DNA of 64,000 nt from Okamejei kenojei (taxonomy: Eukaryota), in contig CM069137.1 of the NCBI GenBank assembly GCA_035221665.1, positions 79,608,001 to 79,672,000 on the forward strand, given 5' to 3'. This document shows positions 1 to 13,400 of the stretch, in pieces (within the stretch, counting starts at the first letter, position 1; the number at the start of each line of letters is the position of its first letter). Under the pieces are notes generated by a model. That model searched no databases, was not told the origin of the DNA, and worked only from the letters and a program-made list of their open reading frames with translations. The position numbers were made by a program, and so were the translations under genes.

Positions 1-779
1 GATTCACGGACTCCAAAAATGGTATCACATTTACGGTAAACCAAGTTATTAATCCAAAATGCTGATAATTTAAAAAAAAAAAAAATCCATGTAGGTCTCT
101 CAGTGGAAAATGATGGCGTGCGTGTACACAAGCTCAGTCTGCGTTCCCTGCCAAGTGTACACAGGTGGACATTTACCCCGGGATACCATACAACAAAACA
201 GATGAGGAAGGGATTTTGATCTCACTGTGAGTCATGAGTTATTGCACAAGATTAATACCCAGGGGCCGACAACTTTAATGTAAAACAAATAACTTCAGAA
301 ACATTTCTAGCTTTTTATTTCCTGGCTAATTTTCCTGTGCTTGGCAGTGACGGACATATCAATGAATGGGGAGTGATCTCCAGACCAGATGGGACGACCT
401 CAGCCAGTAGAACCATTTGCCACTTGTCACGCACCCTCCATCACAGAGCGCGACTTTCTTTGTTGCATTGCATCTTGGGGCAATTGTTTTTCTTCTAATT
501 CCAAACGGAAAGTTAAAAACCTCTGAGTTCTATCATTGCAGTCTCGCCCACCCCGTTACATCTGTTTGAAAACCCGAGAGTAAAAAACATGGAGTCATGG
601 GATTTCATTGGATTTACCTATTGTGTCCGTTGCAAAGAGAAAAAGAGGAAGTCCGACAATGCTCGCTTCCTATCTTGCACATGCGTGCGCTTTTTAAATA
701 ATGAGAGTTTCTACCTTCATTGCAATGTTAAACAATGAGCTCCAGATCCTATTACTCTTTGGGGTGACATTGGAGTTGT

Positions 780-1580
780 CCTCGACAACTCTCATCAACT
801 TCCACAGATGCCGCCGTTGAAAGCATTTTATCGGGATGAATCACAGCATGGTTTGGGAACAGCTCCATCCAAGTCCGCAAGATATTGCAGAGAATTTTGT
901 ACGTAGCCCAGACCATTACACAAACCAAGCTCACTTCCATTAACTCCATCTGACAATAGGCAATAGGTGCAGGAGTAGGCCATTCGGCCCTTCGAGCCAG
1001 CACCGCCATTCAATGTGATCATGGCTGATCATCCCCAATCAGTACCGCGTTCCTGCCTTCTCACCATACCCCCTGACTCCGCTATCTTTAAGAGCCCTAT
1101 CTAGCTCTCTCTTTTTAAAGTATCCTGAGAACCGGCTTCCACTGCCCTCTGAGGCAGAGAATTTCACAAGACTCACCACTCTCTGTGAGAAAAATCTGCA
1201 CTTCATGCTGCCTCGGCAAGGCCAGCGGCATAATCAAGGACGAGTCTCACCCTGGTCACTCCATCTCCTCCCCTCAGGCAAGAGGTACAGAAGTGTGAAA
1301 ACACACACCAGCAGCATCAGGGATAGCTGTTATCAGGCAACTGAACTATCCTACCAACAAGTAGGGAGCAGTTCTGAGCTACTATCTACCTCGAGACCCT
1401 TGGATTATCTTTAATCTGACTTTACTGGACTTTATCTTGCACTAAACATTATTCCCCTTATCATGTATCTTGTATACGTTGGATCGCTCAATCATGTATA
1501 GTCTTTCCATTGACTGATTAGCGCGCAACAAGTTTTCACTGTACCTCGGTACACATGACAATAAGCTAAGCTAAACTAAA
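780..1580 (+). mobile_element. Rex1/Babar-type LINE 3' fragment, split by a CR1 insertion
   Basis: Homologous to 6330-6890 (ITAWFGNSS motif). Ends in tttcactgtacctcggtacacatgacaataa plus a (ctaaa)-like tail. Confidence 0.75.
952..1193 (-). mobile_element. CR1 (HER1-like) LINE 3' end nested in the Rex1 fragment
   Basis: Near-identical to 25817-26040; candidate TSD atct at 948-951 and 1194-1197. Confidence 0.8.
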
Positions 1581-1830
1581 CATAGTGGTACATTTGGTAG
1601 AGCCACTGGCTCACACACACAGGTTCGATCCTGACTTTGGGTGCTGTCTTCTGGAAGCTCCCACATCTTAGTGACTTGCAGGTTAGTATGTTAATAGACC
1701 TCAGTAAATTGTCTCTAATGTGCACGGGATGGATGAGAAAGTGGGATAACATAGAAGTTGTGTGAACATGGTCGGTGTGGACTCGGTGGGCCGAAGAGCC
1801 TGTTTTTACACTATATCACCAAACTAACAC
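1581..1830 (+). mobile_element. HE1/V-SINE-like tRNA-derived SINE, degenerate
   Basis: B-box-like ggttcgatcc and 3' tail gggccgaagagcctgttt shared with other copies in the window. Confidence 0.7.
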
Positions 1831-2099
1831 TAAAGTGTCATTCAATTCCTTTCTAATCACCCCACTTATTACTTTTAGTAGTTCATCTGCTAAGATGGTA
1901 GTGGAGTCGGGTGAGGTGGGGATCTAAAGAAGATTTTTTTTTAAAGCTTACAATTCAGGCAAAACTATGAAAAATGCTTTTCCAACTCCCTAAAACCTTT
2001 CAACAAAGTGTTACAGGCTCTGCATGTCTATCTCTCATTTTGACAATCCTGTCATGGTAACATTCACTCCTTCAATTTGGAACTACCTCCACATCAAGG

Positions 2100-2640
2100 A
2101 CATGAGTTATACAGCATGGAAACGGGCCTATTGGTCCAACTTGCCCACACCACCCAACGTCCCAACTACACTAGTCCCACCTGCTGGTGTTTGGCTCATA
2201 AGGTCATGAGTGACAGGAGCAGAATTAAGTCTACTTAAGGAGCAGAATTGACCCATCAAGTCTACTCTGCCATTCAATCATGGCTTATCTATCTCTCCCT
2301 CCTAACCCCGTTCTTCCTGCCTTCTCCACATAACCACTGACACCCATACTAATCAAGAATCTATCTCTCAGCCTTAAAAATATCCATTGACTTGGCCTCC
2401 ACAGCCCTCCATGGCAAAGAGTTCCACAGATGCACCACCCTCTGATGAAAGAAATTCCTCCTTATCTTCTTCCTAAAGGAACGTCTTTTATTCTGAGGCT
2501 ATGACCTCTAGTCCTAGACTCTCCTGCTATTGGAACATCCTCTCTCCATCCACTCTATCCAAGTCTCCATATCGCTCTAAACCTGTCTATCCATGCACCC
2601 ATCTAAATCTTTCTTAAACATTGCGATAATCTCTGCCTTG
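2100..2640 (-). mobile_element. Two nested CR1 3' ends (about 2201-2563 inserted inside 2100-2640)
   Basis: Outer piece is homologous to 7355-7575 and 45890-46110; inner piece has the ccattcaatcatggc CR1 tail motif. Confidence 0.65.
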
Positions 2641-3015
2641 AACAACCGCAGCGATTCCATTGCCACCACATCTTCTCATGCATCAACCTGGCAAACGGCT
2701 CAACAGAAAAGTTGATGAATCTCTTTCTTAAAAAGAAAGCAGACGAAAAAAAGTCACCTGCATATAAATCACCATCAATGTAAGATCAAATCTTTTATTT
2801 AAACAACTAAATATGTAAAATGTTTATTTTACTATCGGGGATTTCAGGAACAGAATCATTATTTTAAGGATTACGTTTCATGATTTAGTTTGTTTTTTCT
2901 GAGCAAATTGAATCAGCGCCACAAAGTTGCATCACATTCCAGCGAGGGGTACAAGCCTAAAACGTTTGTTGCAGTTACTGTATATTGGAGTATACTTCAG
3001 TATTAGATCAATGTT

Positions 3016-3150
3016 TAGGAAGGGACTGCAGATGCTCGGTTTATATCAAAGACAGACACAAAATGCTGGAGTAACTCAGCGGGCCAGGCACCATCTCCGG
3101 AGAGAAGGAATGGGTGACGTTTCGGGTTGGAACCCTTTTCGGACTGAAAG
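3016..3150 (-). mobile_element. Penelope-like element terminal-repeat fragment with degenerate hammerhead motif
   Basis: Reverse complement of the ...cccgaaacgtcaccc...gatgctgc...cagcatctgcagttcc family. Confidence 0.7.
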
Positions 3151-3256
3151 GCTTGGATCGACGTTTGTTTACTGAATTTCAATGAGTGTCAATATCTTTG
3201 TAGTTGCATAGTACATTTTAGTCTATTGTCTTTGAATATAAAAATGCAGTCGAAGG

Positions 3257-4760
3257 ATGATGAGTACAAAGTAGCCAGAAAAAGCAGCATATCAGAGGAC
3301 TGGGAGAAATTCAGAGACCAGCAGAGGAGGACAAAGGGCTTAATTAGGAAAGGAAAAATAGATTATGAAAGAAAACTGGCAGGGAACATAAAAACTGACT
3401 GCAAAAGTTTTTATAGATATGTGAAGAGAAAGAGTTTAGTTAAAACAAATGTTCCCTTGCAGTCAGAAACAGGTGAGTTGATCATGGGGAACAAGGATAT
3501 GGCGGACCAATTGAATAACTACTTTGGTTCCGTCTTCACTAAGGAAGACATAAATAATCTGCCGGAAATAGCAGGGGACTGTGGGTCAAAGGAGGAATTG
3601 AGTGAAATCCAGGTCAGTCGGGAAGTGGTGTTGGGTAAATTGAATAGATTAAAGGCCGATAAATCCCCAGGGCCAGATAGGCTGCATCCCAGAGTACTTA
3701 AGGAAGTAGCTCAGGAAATAGTGGATGCATTAGTGATAATCTTTCAAAACTCTTCTGGAGATTCTGGAGTAGTTCCTGAGGATTGGCGGGTAGCAAATGT
3801 AACCCCTCTTTTTAAGAAGGGAGGGAGAGAGAAAACGGGGAATTACAGACCAGTTAGTCTAACATCGGTAGTGGGGAAACTGCTAGAGTCAGTTATTAAA
3901 GATGGGATAGCAGCACATTTGGAAAGTGGTGAAATCATTGGACAAAGTCAGCATGGATTTACAAAAGGTAAATCATGTCTGACGAATCTTGTGGAATTTT
4001 TCGAGGATGTAACTAGTAGCGTGGATAAGGGAGAACCAGTGGATGTGGTATATCTGGACTTCCAGAAGGCTTTCGACAAGGTCCCACATAAGAGATTAGT
4101 ATACAAACTTAAAGCATACGGTATTAGGGGTTCAGTATTGATGTGGATAGAGAACTGGCTGGCAAACAGGAAGCAAAGAGTAGGAGTAAACGGGTCCTTT
4201 TCACAATGGCAGGCAGTAACTAGTGGGTACCGCAGGGCTCAGTGCTGGGACCCCAGCTGTTTACAATATATATTAATGATCTGGATGAGGGAATTGAAGG
4301 CAATATCTCCAAGTTTGCGGATGACACTAAGCTGGGGGGCAGTGTTCGCTGTGAGGAGGATGCTAGGAGACTGCAAGGTGACTTGGATAGGCTGGGTGAG
4401 TGGGCAAATGTTTGGCAGATGCAGTATAATGTGGATAAATGTGAGGTTATCCACTTTGGTGGCAAAAACAGTAAAGCAGACTATTATTTAAATGGTGGCC
4501 GATTAGGAAAAAGGGGAGATGCAGCGAGACCTGGGTGTCATGGTACACCAGTCATTGAAAGTAGGCATGCAGGTGCAGCAGGCAGTGAAAAAGCGAATAT
4601 GTTAGCTTTCATAGCAAAAGGATTTGAGTACCAGGGAGGTTCAAACCACACCTGGAGTATTGCGTACAGTTTTGGTCTCCACTGTCATTATTGCCATAAC
4701 AAAAGGGACTGATTCAGCAGGACTGTCTTATGAAGAAAGACGGGGTTGGACAGGCTAGAT
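3257..4760 (+). mobile_element. CR1 (HER1-like) LINE ORF2 fragment with reverse transcriptase; 5'-truncated, frameshifted and internally deleted
   Basis: ORFs 3226..4491 and 4242..4712 contain KSPGPD, NYRPVSLTS, QHGF, YLDFQKAFDKVPH, LGPQLFTIYINDL and FADDTKL. Frameshift near 4228. Confidence 0.95.
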
Positions 4761-4819
4761 GCATAGGAAGAGTTCCGCCAGTGCCAGAGGCCATACAGGA
4801 GTGGTCGATCTCTGGAGGG

Positions 4820-5137
4820 TAGTTTGAGGCCAGTACGGGTTTTGGATGATCCCTGTGGCGGAGTTTGTACGTTCTGATCACTGTGACACGTGGGTTTTCT
4901 TTGGAATGTGTAACATCCAGTTTCCACCCACACTCCAAAGATGTAAAGGTTGGGCAATAGGTAATTGACTTTGACCTCTGTTACCCGTTAATCATAATCC
5001 ACAAACATCAGTGGCAAATTGTCCCGAGTTTGTGTAGGATAGTTCTCACTGTGCCACGTAGTGTATGGGTGACCGCTGGTCGGTGCGGACACAGTGGGCA
5101 GAAGAGACTGTTTCCTCGCTGTATCTCTAAACTAAAC
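4820..5137 (+). mobile_element. HE1/V-SINE-like SINE, 5'-truncated
   Basis: V-domain-like ggagtttgtacgttc...gtgggttttct...tttccacccacactccaaagatg and tail ctgtatctctaaactaaac. Confidence 0.75.
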
Positions 5138-5654
5138 AGATTTCCCTCATTTGCCCCATGTTGCTGCATAAAAGGGTTTTCATAAAAGGAGAGCAGAAGC
5201 CAGGAAATATAGAGCATTAATGCTTGCGAGTTGGAGATGGAGAAGTGTATGACATCCTCATGACACTAACTCTCCAGATGTTACGAATTAAACTACAGAC
5301 TGCACTTTCCTATTAACCTTGCCATCTCACATCTCTAAAGCACTGGGCTGCTTTGGCAGTTTCATGGCTTGCTGCTCCTAGTATTTCTGATTGTTAACTG
5401 TGGCCTGCCTCACGGGTGTCCTTAGCAGGCTGAGCAAGGCAGGACCTAGTGATACTAAGTTTTTGGCTCTTTGTGTTTAATAATTCCAGTGGTAGTGGCT
5501 GGGCACCTTCTTCATCCTCGCCCATCATTGCCCGAGAGATGCATCTCCATCTCCTGTTGAAGGGGAGTAGGGAAAAATAAATATCAACACTGGCCTTAAT
5601 ATGCACGACTTTGAAATTTTGAACCCTTACATTTGTGAAATCATTCTTGGGAAA

Positions 5655-5812
5655 TTCGAAAGACGTGCAGGTTTGTGGATTAATTGGCTTCTGTAAATGG
5701 CTCCTAGTGTGTAGGATGCGATAGCGGGATAACATAAAACTAGTGTATGGGTGATCATTGGTCAGTGTGGGCTCAGTGGGCCGAAGGGCCCGTTTCCATG
5801 CTCTACCACTTT
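5655..5812 (+). mobile_element. HE1-like SINE 3' half
   Basis: aaagacgtgcaggtttgt...gggccgaagggcccgtttccatgct. Confidence 0.7.
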
Positions 5813-6329
5813 AAATAAAAATGTGGGGTAAGCTTGTTTATTTTGAGTTCTTCTCTTCCATAACTTTTGATACTTCTGTAGTTTGGATCAAAGGAATAAT
5901 TAGAATTGTGCATCTCTAATTAGACTAAAAGTCTAAGTGAGTTTAAAGAAGGGTCCCAACCCAAAAACATGGTCTGTCACACACAGATGCTACCTTCCGA
6001 CTTCCTCCAGCAGTTTCTTTTTGCTAAAGGTCATCATCAGTACTCTTCTTTGTCTCTGGAATAAAGTTACATCAGTGCTATAGTGTTGTAATATCATTTT
6101 TTATTAATTTCTTTGTTTTCACTGAAATTAATAAAAATGGAACGTTGATCCGAAAATTATTCTATTTTTTCTACGTATAATGTTTCATGATTAGATGCTG
6201 AAATAAAAGGTATATCAAATAAAAATACATTTTAACCATGTTTGTGAAAGCCAGTAAAAGGTAGAGTGATTGAGGGAGCTCAGCTGGAGTTTGCAGAAGA
6301 CTTTAGAGAATGAATAATCACTGGTGGAT

Positions 6330-6890
6330 TTAGGAAGTTCTACATGTCCGCAAAAACTCTCACCAACTTCAACCGATGCGCCACTGAAAACATTTTATTG
6401 GGATGCATCACAGCATGGTTTGGGAACAGCTCCATCCAAGACCGCAAGGAATTGCAGACAATTGTGGATGCAGCCCAGACCATGACTCCCTCTACACTTC
6501 ACACTGCCATGGAAAGGCCAGCAGCATAAACAATGCTTCTGGCATCAACCACTTCCTCTTCTCCTCTCTCCCATCAGGCAAGAGATAGCAACATGAGAAA
6601 ATGCATACATCCAGATTCAGGGACCGTTTCTTCCCAGCAGTTACCAGGCAACAAAACCATCCTATCAACAACGAGAGAGCGGTCCTGAGCCACCATCTAC
6701 CTCATTGGAGACCCTCAGGCTGTCTTTAATTGGGCTTTACTGGACTTTGCCTCGCACTAAACATTCTTCTCTTTATCCTGTGTCTGTACACTATGGACAG
6801 CTTTATTGTAATCACGTATAGTCTTTCTTAGCACGTAATGGAAAAAGCTTTTCACTGTACCTTGGTACACATGACAATAAACTAAACTCA
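6330..6890 (+). mobile_element. Rex1/Babar-type LINE 3' end
   Basis: ORF remnant KTLTNFNRCATENILLGCITAWFGN; 3' stem tgtacc-tt-ggtaca, aataaa and ctaaa tail. Confidence 0.8.
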
Positions 6891-7351
6891 ATCCTGGTGT
6901 AAGAGGAGCAAGAGAATAGATGAAAAGATCTGTATGTGGATGAATTTCATTCAGTGTTCAAGCCTTGGAACGGACATGGTGATGAAAGTGGTAGGGAACG
7001 TGGACAGGAATATTTTGAATCCATTTAATTTCCATATTTTGTATATGCAAAAAAAATAATCATACTTTGAAGAACAGAGCATGTGATGAGCAAATGGGAA
7101 AGGAAGTTGTCTTGGATCTCATGGAGTTACTCCCACCTCAACTCTCCACGATGTGCAATTCTCTCCTAGTCCTCACCCAGAGGAATGTCATATAATAGCG
7201 AACATTATCCCATGTGTTCCTTGGTGCATGTGAAATAAAATTTATAACTGCAAGATAGTAAAACTATCTGCTCCCTTCAATCCTTCTCATTCCTGACTTT
7301 CCTCTTAACCCCCTTCTTGCCCTCATGTTTTCCTTTTATTTCTCGCATCTT

Positions 7352-7575
7352 AGTCATAGAGTGTTACAGAGTGGAAACTGGCCCCCATCGGCCCAACTTG
7401 CCCACACTGGCCAACATGTCCCAGTTACACAAATCCCACCTGCCCGTGTTTGGTCCATAACCCTCCAAACCTGTCCTATCCACGTACCTGTCTAACTGTT
7501 TCTTAAATGTTGGGATAGTACCCGCCTCAACTACCTCCTCTGGCAGTTTGTTCCATACACACACCACCCTTTGTA
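7352..7575 (-). mobile_element. CR1 LINE 3' end
   Basis: QRVVCVWNKLPEEVVEAGTIPTFKKQLDRY, the CR1 ORF2 C-terminal motif, in ORF 7364..7672. Confidence 0.85.
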
Positions 7576-8289
7576 CATCTTGAAGATTTATGGCTTCAAC
7601 CCCTCTCCAGAAAGAGTCCAGTTCGCCTCCGTTTGACCTTCTTTTAGCCCTGAATCCCTGAATCCAAGCCATAAGAGATTAACTAATTCTTCAAATATTA
7701 TTTTGTTCCGTCCAAAATTAACAACAGATTTTTTGCACATTATAAATATTGCTAAAGTTGATATTGGCTGGTTAATTCTAGTTAATTCTTTTGAGGCGGC
7801 AAGTTGTCATTTTTATATATACAGATTTTGCTCTTAATGCCATATAATGTCGTCTAGGGCTCCAAACATATAAATGAAAACAAACAGAAAACTATCCTTC
7901 TGCTTAATTTCTCCTCACCAGTTCATCTCCTATAATTGAACCTGAAGTATTATGAAAACAATAGAAACTAGATGGAGTAAGTAACCAGTCAAGAGCCTAA
8001 TACAAAAAGCTCAATGTTGGGAAGCAAAGCGAAATGCAAATGCACAATCAATGCTCATTGCTGACAACTCGCAATGAAGTAAATATAAAAATGTTCTTTT
8101 TGAACATTAGAATGGTAAAATAACGTGGAAGATGAAAAAGGAAAGATGGTATCGGGGATCCCTAGTGATCTATAAAAGACTATATTGTGCAAAACTGTGG
8201 GCTTAATAAGTAGTAAGAATAATTTGCAATAAAGTTTGAATATATAGTAGACATCTAAAATTGTTTCCAATTGTTCGCCAATAAACTGC

Positions 8290-8997
8290 AGTAAGGCCTT
8301 TCACAATATTTCACAAAGGGGACCGGTCCAAAACATTAGAGTCGTTGGGATCCAGGACAAATGTCAAATTAAATTTTAAATTGCCTTGGTCAAAATGAGG
8401 ATTCATTTTGTGATTGGAAACCTGCGATTAGTGGTGTATCTAAAGGATTAGTGTTCAGACCTTTACTGTTTGTTTATATACAGAAATGGTCTGCGTATGA
8501 AAGTAGGATGTACAAGTAGTTTGGTGGCGTTGTTGATAGTGAATAGTACAGTCTTGGATTACAGAATGATATTGATGTTGGTAGAATGGGCTGAGCAATG
8601 GCAGATATATTTAAACCTATCAAGCATGAGATTATGTACTATGAGAGAACAAATGATGTTAGGACAAATGTGAGGGAATAAATGGTAGGGCCCAAGGGAA
8701 TATTGTGGAACAAAGTCGAGAGTGTTTTATTGTCATGTCCCAGATAGAACAATGAAATTCTTACTTCAAGCAGCACAACAGAGTATGTAAACATAGTACA
8801 CAGTAAACAATATAATAAATGAGAAAAAAAGTTCAGTGTGTGTATATATATATAAAAATATATACACACTTCAGACTGAAGAAAGGTCTCGACCCAAATC
8901 GTCACCCATTCCTCCTCTCCAGAGATGGTGCATGTCCCGCTGAGTTTTTTGCTTTTTGTGTCTATCTTTGGTTTAAACCAGCATCTGCAGTTCCTTC

Positions 8998-9047
<50 letters not shown>

Positions 9048-9610
9048 GCAGGTAGATAACATGGTTTAAGGAGGAGTTCTGGATACTTGGCTTCACTAGC
9101 CATGGGATAAAATGTAAAATTGTGGCAAAACCTTTAAAATCTTGGTGAGGGCAAAGCTGGAGTAGTGTGAACAATTTAGGTTGCAACCCTGTCAGAAGAA
9201 TGTTCTTGTACTGGAAAGGGTGCAAAGGAGATTCACCGGGACGTTGCCAGTGATGGGGTACCTCAGTCAAGAGGAGACACTGGATAGGGTGGATTTGTTC
9301 GCATTGGAGCAGAGAAGGTGGTGACAGAACTTTTGGGGGGATAGATGGCTTGGACAGTTTTCCCCTGAGCAGAGGTAAACTAAATGGTAAAGGATAACAT
9401 GTCTACAGAAATTCTGAGGAAACATTTATTTCACCCCGTTTCCAGTTGGAATCTGGAACACCAAGTAGGTAGGGTGGTGGAGGTGAACTCTCATAACATT
9501 TATTAGGTATTTCAATGATAACTTAAATGGACCAGGCAGTGAAGCACATGGACCAAGCATTGTTGGATGGAATCAGTAGAGACTGACACGAAGATTAGCA
9601 TGGACAGGGT
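8290..9610 (+). mobile_element. Old CR1 fragment hosting a Rex1-tailed repeat (about 8716-8868, minus), a Penelope repeat (about 8870-9000, plus) and (CA)n/(TA)n
   Basis: Degenerate RT and C-terminal codons (LVEWAEQWQ, LERVQRRFT-like); inserts are recognisable from other copies in the window. Confidence 0.6.
9000..9046. repeat. (CA)n followed by (TA)n microsatellite
   Basis: Seen directly. Confidence 0.95.
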
Positions 9611-9885
9611 TGGTTATATATTGCTTGGAGCAACAACGACAGAGCAAATATTTAAACAGTAATTTACTAAATAACTTTGAACATTGTACATCACAGTAAC
9701 TAACATAAAATGGATACAGTCTAACCAACTATGTCCAAGACAAATCCAGTCTAAAAGCATTCTGACTATTCATATGAAGCAGAGGCAACAATATATGTGG
9801 GAAGAAAAAGTAAATAAATGCAAACATTTTTTCAACATGCGCAGATGATATGGCTTTGCGATATGGTAAGTCACAATATGGACTG

Positions 9886-10140
9886 TTCACACTAGTTCTA
9901 TGTTATCCCATTTTCTCATCCTCTTTCTACATACGAGGTGCAATTTACAGAGGCCAAGTAACCAACCAACCAACCCACACGTCGTTAGGATATGGGAGGA
10001 AACCGGAGTGCAAAGTATGAAACTCGCGCACACACAGGGGGAACATGCAAACTCCACACAGACAGCACCCGAGTTCAGAATCAAACCCAAGTCTCTGGCG
10101 CTGTGAGACAGCAGCTTGATCAGCTGCAGCACTGTGCTGC
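9886..10140 (-). mobile_element. HE1/V-SINE, near full length
   Basis: tRNA-like head followed by V-domain tgtgtggagtttgcatgttccccctgtg...ctccggtttcctccca. Confidence 0.85.
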
Positions 10141-10489
10141 ATTAAAATGCTGCATCATAATGTGGGTGTCACCCATAAGATGATCAGAACTATTTCTTTA
10201 AATTAAAGGTTGGGCATCCAAGACAGGATCTGGCACTATTATGTTCCTCATCCAAGCTTTCTACGTTTGAAAATTCCACCGCTAGTGGATGGCTGTTTTA
10301 ACCACCCACACCACCAGTGCCAGACCGATGCATCTCCTTCTCCTGGTTGGGTGGTGTGGGGTTTTCCAGCCTTGATGTGCAACTACTATATGCCCATCCT
10401 TTCAAGAATCAATACTTCTGTGGAAAAGGTAGCAGGTGATTTTTTTTTTTTTTTAAAGTTAGTGAAAAAGACTATCAACTTTCAATAGC

Positions 10490-13400
10490 ACAGGCTATCC
10501 CAAAGCATTTGATAACCAAGAAATTCCTTTTGGAGTATCGACATTGGTGTAACATTAAAAAATTATGGTAGTGTAGCGGGTGCATGAGAGAGCCCGGAAT
10601 TAAGGTGAGAAGCCAGGCAAATTCTGTAGAGGCTTTAATGAGCACAGCATACTACTCTCCACTTCAGAGACTGAAAAAACTGGTCTTGCACCAAAAATCC
10701 CTGCTCTTATCTTCGTAGCTGGAAGGCCCCCCCGGACCTGTCCATCAAGTGCCGAGGGGGATGAACCAGGGCCCACTCTCCATGAACCCCCACAGGACCC
10801 CCCCCCCCCCCCCCCCCCCCCCCAAGAACCAGAGGCACCAAAAAAAGACAGGAGGACGTACGAGACGACCAGCCCGTGTACGCACAATGTTGGGCGCAGG
10901 AACCGGAGACACACTGCCAGGCGAAGGTGGTGGCGCGGGCGCTTTGGGAAAGGGCCGGAACGGAGGGCGACCCCGAGGGCGAGGCCACTCAAGTAGCACC
11001 GGCCGGTTGATGTCCACGTGTGCCGGCTTCATGACGACCCCCCATGTCCAAAACGAAAGTGGAAGGGCCATACTCGAGGACCTTGAATGGTCCTTCGTAC
11101 GGCCGCTGAATGGACATCCGGCGCGCATCCCAACGCAGGAAAACTGAAGCGTGCGGCCTGAACGAACCGTGGCGTGACGTCAGCACCGGTGCCAGCTTGC
11201 CCACCGTCTGCCGAACCCATTGTAGGGTGGCTGCTGGCTGCTCCACCTGGCCCTGTGCTGATGGCATAAACTCGCTGGGCACTGTCGGCTGGGCCCCATT
11301 CACCAACGCAGCTGAGGAGGTGGCCAAGTCCTCTTTGGGCGCGGTGCGGACACCCAGCAAACCCCACGGCAACGCGTCGACCCAGTCCGGGTCCGTGAGC
11401 CGAGCCTTCAGGGCATCCTTGAGCTGGCGGTGGAAACGCCCCACCAGGCCGTTCGCCTGCGGATTATACGCCGTGGTGCAGTGCAGGTTAACCCCGAGAA
11501 AGCGGGCCATGCCCGACCACAGTTCAGATGTGAACCGAGTCCCCTGGTCAGACATAATGCCCAGCTGCACTCCGAATCGGGCAATCCAGTGTGGCGCCAA
11601 AGCACGGGCACACATGGCCGCAGAGGTGTCTGCCAATGGAACCGCTTCTGGCCACCGCGTGAAGCAGTCAACCACGGTCAGGAGGTGGGTGAAGCCTTGA
11701 GAAGGCGGCAACAGCCCCACAATGCCCACGTGGATATGGTCAAACCGCTGGCGAGGGACGCAGAACTCCTGGAGCGGTGCCCGCATGTGCCGCTGTACCA
11801 TGGCAGTTTGGCACGGGATGCAGGTGCGCACCCAATGCCCAACCTGTTTGCGTAACCTGTGCCACATGAAACGGGAAGCCACGAGGGCTGTCGTCGCCTG
11901 AACGGAAGGGTGGTCCAGCCCATGGTGCACCTCGAACACTCTGTGCCGCCAGGCGACGAGGACGATGGGCCCCGGCTGACCAGTCGAGACGTCGCACAGC
12001 AGCCTCGCACCCCCGGGGCCACATGGAATGTCCTCCAACCACAGGCCCGAAACTGCGGTACGATAGGCGGACATCTCATCATCCGTCAGCTGGGCAGCAG
12101 CCAGGGCTGAGTAGTCAATGCCATCGGACACCTGCTAAATGGCGTTGACCGCAGGACGAGACAAGGCGTCGGCTACTCTGTTGTCTTTGCCCTCGATGAA
12201 ACGAATGGAGGTAGTGTATTGAGAGACGAACGGCAACTGCCGCTGTTGGCGAGCGGCCCATGGGTCACAAACCATGGCGAACGCAAAGGTGAGGGGCTTG
12301 TGGTCCGTGTAAGGGGTAAATGTCCGCCCCTCCAAACAAATAACGGAAGTGGCGCACGCTGGGGTAAAGGGCGAGGTGCTCGCGGTCAAAGGCACTGTAG
12401 TGCCGCTGTGCACTGCCGAGGTGCCTGCTGAAGGCCTGGGGCCGCCAATGCCCGTCGATCAGCTGCTCCAGCACCGCTCCAACCGCTACATCGGAAGCGT
12501 CGACCATCAGCCCAATTGGTGCATCCTCCTTGGCCTGGTGGAATGCCGCCACCGATTCGTCAGTCCATGCGAGCTCCTTTTGTTTGCCCGCCACGACGTG
12601 AAACAGCGAGAGCATGATCCTGGCCATGAACGGTACAAAACAGTGGTAGAAGGCCACCAACCCAACGAATTCCTGGAGGCCCCTCAGGGTGGCCGGTCGT
12701 GCAAACTGGCACACAATGTCTACTTTGGCCGGGAGCGGCACCGCACCCTGCGGCGTTACGCGGTGGCCCAGGAAATCAATGGATGTCACCCCGAAACGGC
12801 ATTTGGTTATATTGACGGCCAGCCCATGATCGCTGAGACGCTGGCATAGCTGGGTACAATGCTCCTGCCGCGAGCGGCTTGCCACGGAGATGTCATCGAG
12901 GTAAACAAACACAAAGTCCAGGCCACGGCACACGCAGTCCATAAGCTGCTGAAAGGCCTGCACAGCGTTCTTAAGCCCGAATGGCATGCGCAGGAACTCG
13001 ACAAGGCCGAATGGTGTTATGATGCCGTCTTGGGCACGTCGTCGGGGTGGAGGGGAATTTGATTGTAGCCACGCACCAGGTCGACCTTGGAGAACACCGC
13101 AGCCCCAGCCAGGTGCTCACTAAAATCCCGAAGTTGTCACCAATGGTGGCATCATTAAGCCGACGATAGTCTCCGCAAGGCCGCCAACCACCATCCGCCT
13201 TGGGGACCATATGGAACGGGGACGCCCACAGGCTGTCTGAGCGGCGCACGATACCCAGCGACTCCTTAAGATGGAACTCTTCCTGAGCTAGACGGAGTTT
13301 GTCCGGTGGAAGACGCCACGCCCGGGCGTGCAGGAGCGTGCCAGTAGTCGGAATGTGATGCTCCACCCAGTGTTTTGGGGCAGAGGAGCGGAACTGCGGG

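Noticed and set aside
3226-4491. 421-aa ORF as a host gene or active LINE
   Set aside because: It is a 5'-truncated CR1 ORF2 lacking the endonuclease domain, frameshifted near 4228 and deleted downstream.
6890-7250. Resemblance of mixed-frame translations to ABO/GT6 glycosyltransferases (YDYFFCI versus VDYLVCV)
   Set aside because: It needs several frameshifts and lacks the DxD motif, so it may be chance. Kept only as an unnamed pseudo-exon candidate.
9886-10140. tRNA genes at tRNA-like heads (1581, 10140, 57600, 14560)
   Set aside because: They are degenerate SINE heads continuing into V or Deu domains, with no complete cloverleaf.
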